Below are positions 62,401-64,000 of a stretch of DNA of 64,000 bases, piece by piece. Made by a program: the position numbers and the translations under genes. The stretch is from Diadema antillarum. Taxonomy: Eukaryota. The stretch is taken from NCBI RefSeq assembly GCF_040938485.1, contig NW_027272204.1, positions 186,001 through 250,000 of the forward strand, read 5' to 3'. The number at the start of each line of letters is the position of its first letter. Position 1 is the stretch's first letter. Under the pieces are notes generated by a model. That model worked only from the letters and a program-made list of their open reading frames with translations. It made no database searches and was not told the origin of the DNA.

Positions 62401-63552
62401 ACAGTAGTATCAAGTGACATTTCTAATACATTTGATATCTAAGGAGCATAATGGCCAACCAATCTCTCCTCTGTGTCAAACTAAGAGTTCCTCTTGAGTA
62501 TCATTTCATTCATATTTTGTGATGTATCTTTTTTGCCTTCCCCATACAGGGTGGACCTGTTACCCTATGACCTCATCACACAGCTTCTCAGAATTCTTTC
62601 TATCGAGTCCAAGCAGGAGAAAGGTATGATAAATTTTACTCTGCAAAAGAGTTGCTTTCAGTCAAGTGTACAGTCAAGAATAGTCACCGAGACCTTGACT
62701 CATCATGATACACACAAATGTTATAATAGGCTCTTTTTGAGTGTGTGTTTTTTTAAGCATACATTGTGATTGGCAGATTTACTTGTGACGCTTTGGCTTT
62801 ATTAGCATTCTCAATGTTTTCATTTTATGATTGCATGAAGTAACATCAATCTAAAATAGTGAATTGGCTGTCTTTGTAGAAGTAAAAACTCATTTTGACA
62901 AAGACTAGGGAAAGATTTAGTCACCTTTGAGTCAAGAAGAGAACACATCACAATAGCATTCAAATATCTGGTACAAATGAACATGTACACATTGATTAAT
63001 GAAGATTGTATCCCAATGGGAAATATATTTTCCAATATCATAATGCAGTGAAAACACTAATCTTTGAAAGTTTGAGTTTCCAAACGTCCATTCATATAGT
63101 GTAGTCAAAGTGAATTACTCGTGCAGGAGACTTCCCTTGTGAGTTTAGCTTCTTTTTTCCAGATATGCCTTCTCAAGCAATTTGAAGACAGTGACTTGAA
63201 TATCATAGCAAGTAAATGAATCACATTTTGGTCATGATGTCATTTCTAGATTTCCCCAATGAATCAGCTTAGAAAAAAAATCACAAGTCTGTGTTTATCT
63301 TGATAGTGATACCCTGTCATCACATCTTCATTTGGAAACTAGACATCCATCTGCTTGAGAATCCTATTAAATCTGAAACGCTAACAACAGTTTCACATTC
63401 TTTCAAGATCTTCTGATCACTTAAAAATGCCTCAATCCTATCCAGCCATGCTGTCTGAGATGGATCCAACAGAGCTGAACATATCTGGGTTGGAGGCTTT
63501 CTCCTTTGACTACGTTGTACGATGGCCAGAGTCCCTCATCTTGAGCAGAAAG
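50451..63552 (+). CDS. TUBGCP2: Gamma-tubulin complex component 2, 13 coding exons, 629 codons, 3' part beyond the window
   Basis: join(50451-50503, 51287-51454, 53270-53432, 55355-55457, 55858-56027, 56685-56912, 57519-57718, 58400-58514, 59315-59489, 60070-60220, 61373-61552, 62550-62623, 63446-63552). All introns are GT-AG with consistent phases. Peptides MNEFRIHH, KYDELKSKN.RDLD.LVYLLSKLTEDKE, KILRTGKYLNVVRQCG, SIKRYFLLEQGDFFVH and SGLEAFSFDY match GCP2. Confidence 0.96.
52226..52794. mobile_element. Kolobok-like non-autonomous transposon, copy 2 (TUBGCP2 intron)
   Basis: TTAA TSDs at 52222-52225 and 52795-52798. Same TIRs and interior as 35174-35733, in the same orientation. Confidence 0.85.
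53855..55290 (+). mobile_element. Helentron/Helitron2-type non-autonomous element (HINE/DINE-like) with internal tandem repeats
   Basis: T-run, subTIR AGCTCACCTGAG (53859-53870), inverted partner CTCAAGTGAGCT (53878-53889), (CGTCGTC)n microsatellite at about 53903-53988, about 325-335-bp units starting 53995/54324/54659/54982 plus a partial at 55161, 3' subTIR CTCAGGTGAGCG (55259-55270), perfect palindrome AGACCCGCGGGTCT (55273-55286), then a T-run. Confidence 0.8.
58676..59340 (+). repeat. About 85-bp tandem array derived from the intron/exon boundary of TUBGCP2 coding exon 9
   Basis: Units CTCCATTGGTAG|TTCATGATAGAGGGGTGTAAGGGCT.. with AG at 58696, 58784, 58867 and 58951 and a degenerate unit at about 59035. 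The real acceptor is 59313-59314 (CCATTGGTAG|TTCATGATCGAGGAGCATGAAGGGCT). Confidence 0.85.
59076..59261. mobile_element. Tc1/mariner (pogo/Tigger-like) MITE
   Basis: TA|CAGTGGACTCCCGTTATAACGAA...TTTGTTATCACGAGAGTGCACTG|TA. Removing it and one TA restores the array unit GAAGTA-GTTACCC. Confidence 0.85.
59519..59858. repeat. Perfect 41-bp inverted repeat (59519-59559 / 59818-59858)
   Basis: CTGAGGTGTGAATTTTCTTCAATTTGTCTCCCTCTACAAAT and its exact reverse complement. Confidence 0.9.
60263..60448. mobile_element. Possible TA-flanked MITE (CTGTA...TACAG)
   Basis: TA|CTGTAT...ATACAG|TA with repeated internal (C/T)GCGAAAA motifs. The TIR match is short. Confidence 0.35.
60474..60666. mobile_element. 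Tc1/mariner-type MITE, same family as 59076
   Basis: TA|CAGTGCACTCCCGTTATAACGAA...GGAATGCACTG|TA. Confidence 0.75.
61645..61805. mobile_element. MITE, CAGGGCTGCAC...GTGCAGCCTTG
   Basis: Inverted termini match at 10/11. It is homologous to 43792-43915. Confidence 0.7.
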
Positions 63553-64000
63553 GTACTTGTTAATTCACATTTGCTTTGTCTAGGGTTGTAAGTCTTCATT
63601 AAGTTTTTCAAGATCTTTGAAAAAAAAAAGAGAAAAAAAAAGAATTGTTAGGAGTACTGCCGCTGTTTAGTTTGAAATTTGGAAAATTAGAAACACTGCT
63701 TGGATAGAACAATATCACAGCCGCCTGCAGCATTTGTAAGACATGTTTTTTGCCCTTAAAAGGAATGAAGTATTGAGTTGAATAGGACACATCTTTACAT
63801 CGAGTATTCATTTGAAAAAAAGAAACTTTGTGTAAGTTCATCTGGAATTAACGGTATAAAAAAGAAAATACTCTCAACTTTTACCAGCCACTGAGGCACC
63901 TGGTTTGAAGATATAACATTCAACAGTGCCCCTTGATTATTTGAAAAAACACATGATGTAGTTTACTGGCATGCAAAGCTAAGCCTCAAGCCCCACTTTA

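Overview
Eukaryotic, AT-rich, intron-containing genomic DNA from an invertebrate animal. The protein and repeat repertoire suggest an echinoderm or other deuterostome (inference). There are three N-gaps. Gene content: (i) a minus-strand cluster of three SLC10 (Na+/bile-acid symporter family) genes, with two intronless near-twins (7046-8395, 22819-24474) flanking a 5-exon paralog (13081-16718); (ii) PSME3IP1/FAM192A on the minus strand (39255-43535, 5 coding exons), whose third coding intron is a U12-type AT-AC intron; (iii) TUBGCP2 on the plus strand (13 coding exons from 50451, running off the right edge), head-to-head with PSME3IP1. All exon phases were checked by hand and give open frames. 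The non-coding DNA holds a Penelope-like terminal repeat with a minimal hammerhead ribozyme (78-124), an L2 LINE 3' end, tRNA-derived SINEs, Kolobok-, Tc1/mariner- and MULE-type MITEs, a Helentron-type element with internal tandem repeats, and microsatellites. The most unusual observations are the hammerhead, the AT-AC intron, a tandem amplification of a TUBGCP2 splice acceptor that creates 44-nt cryptic exons, two MITEs inserted at overlapping target sites to form a 636-bp palindrome in the divergent promoter, and a fossil C-terminal tail behind a TCG>TAG stop in one SLC10 copy. I found no prokaryotic-type system such as CRISPR or an operon. Family assignments come from recalled motifs, not database searches.
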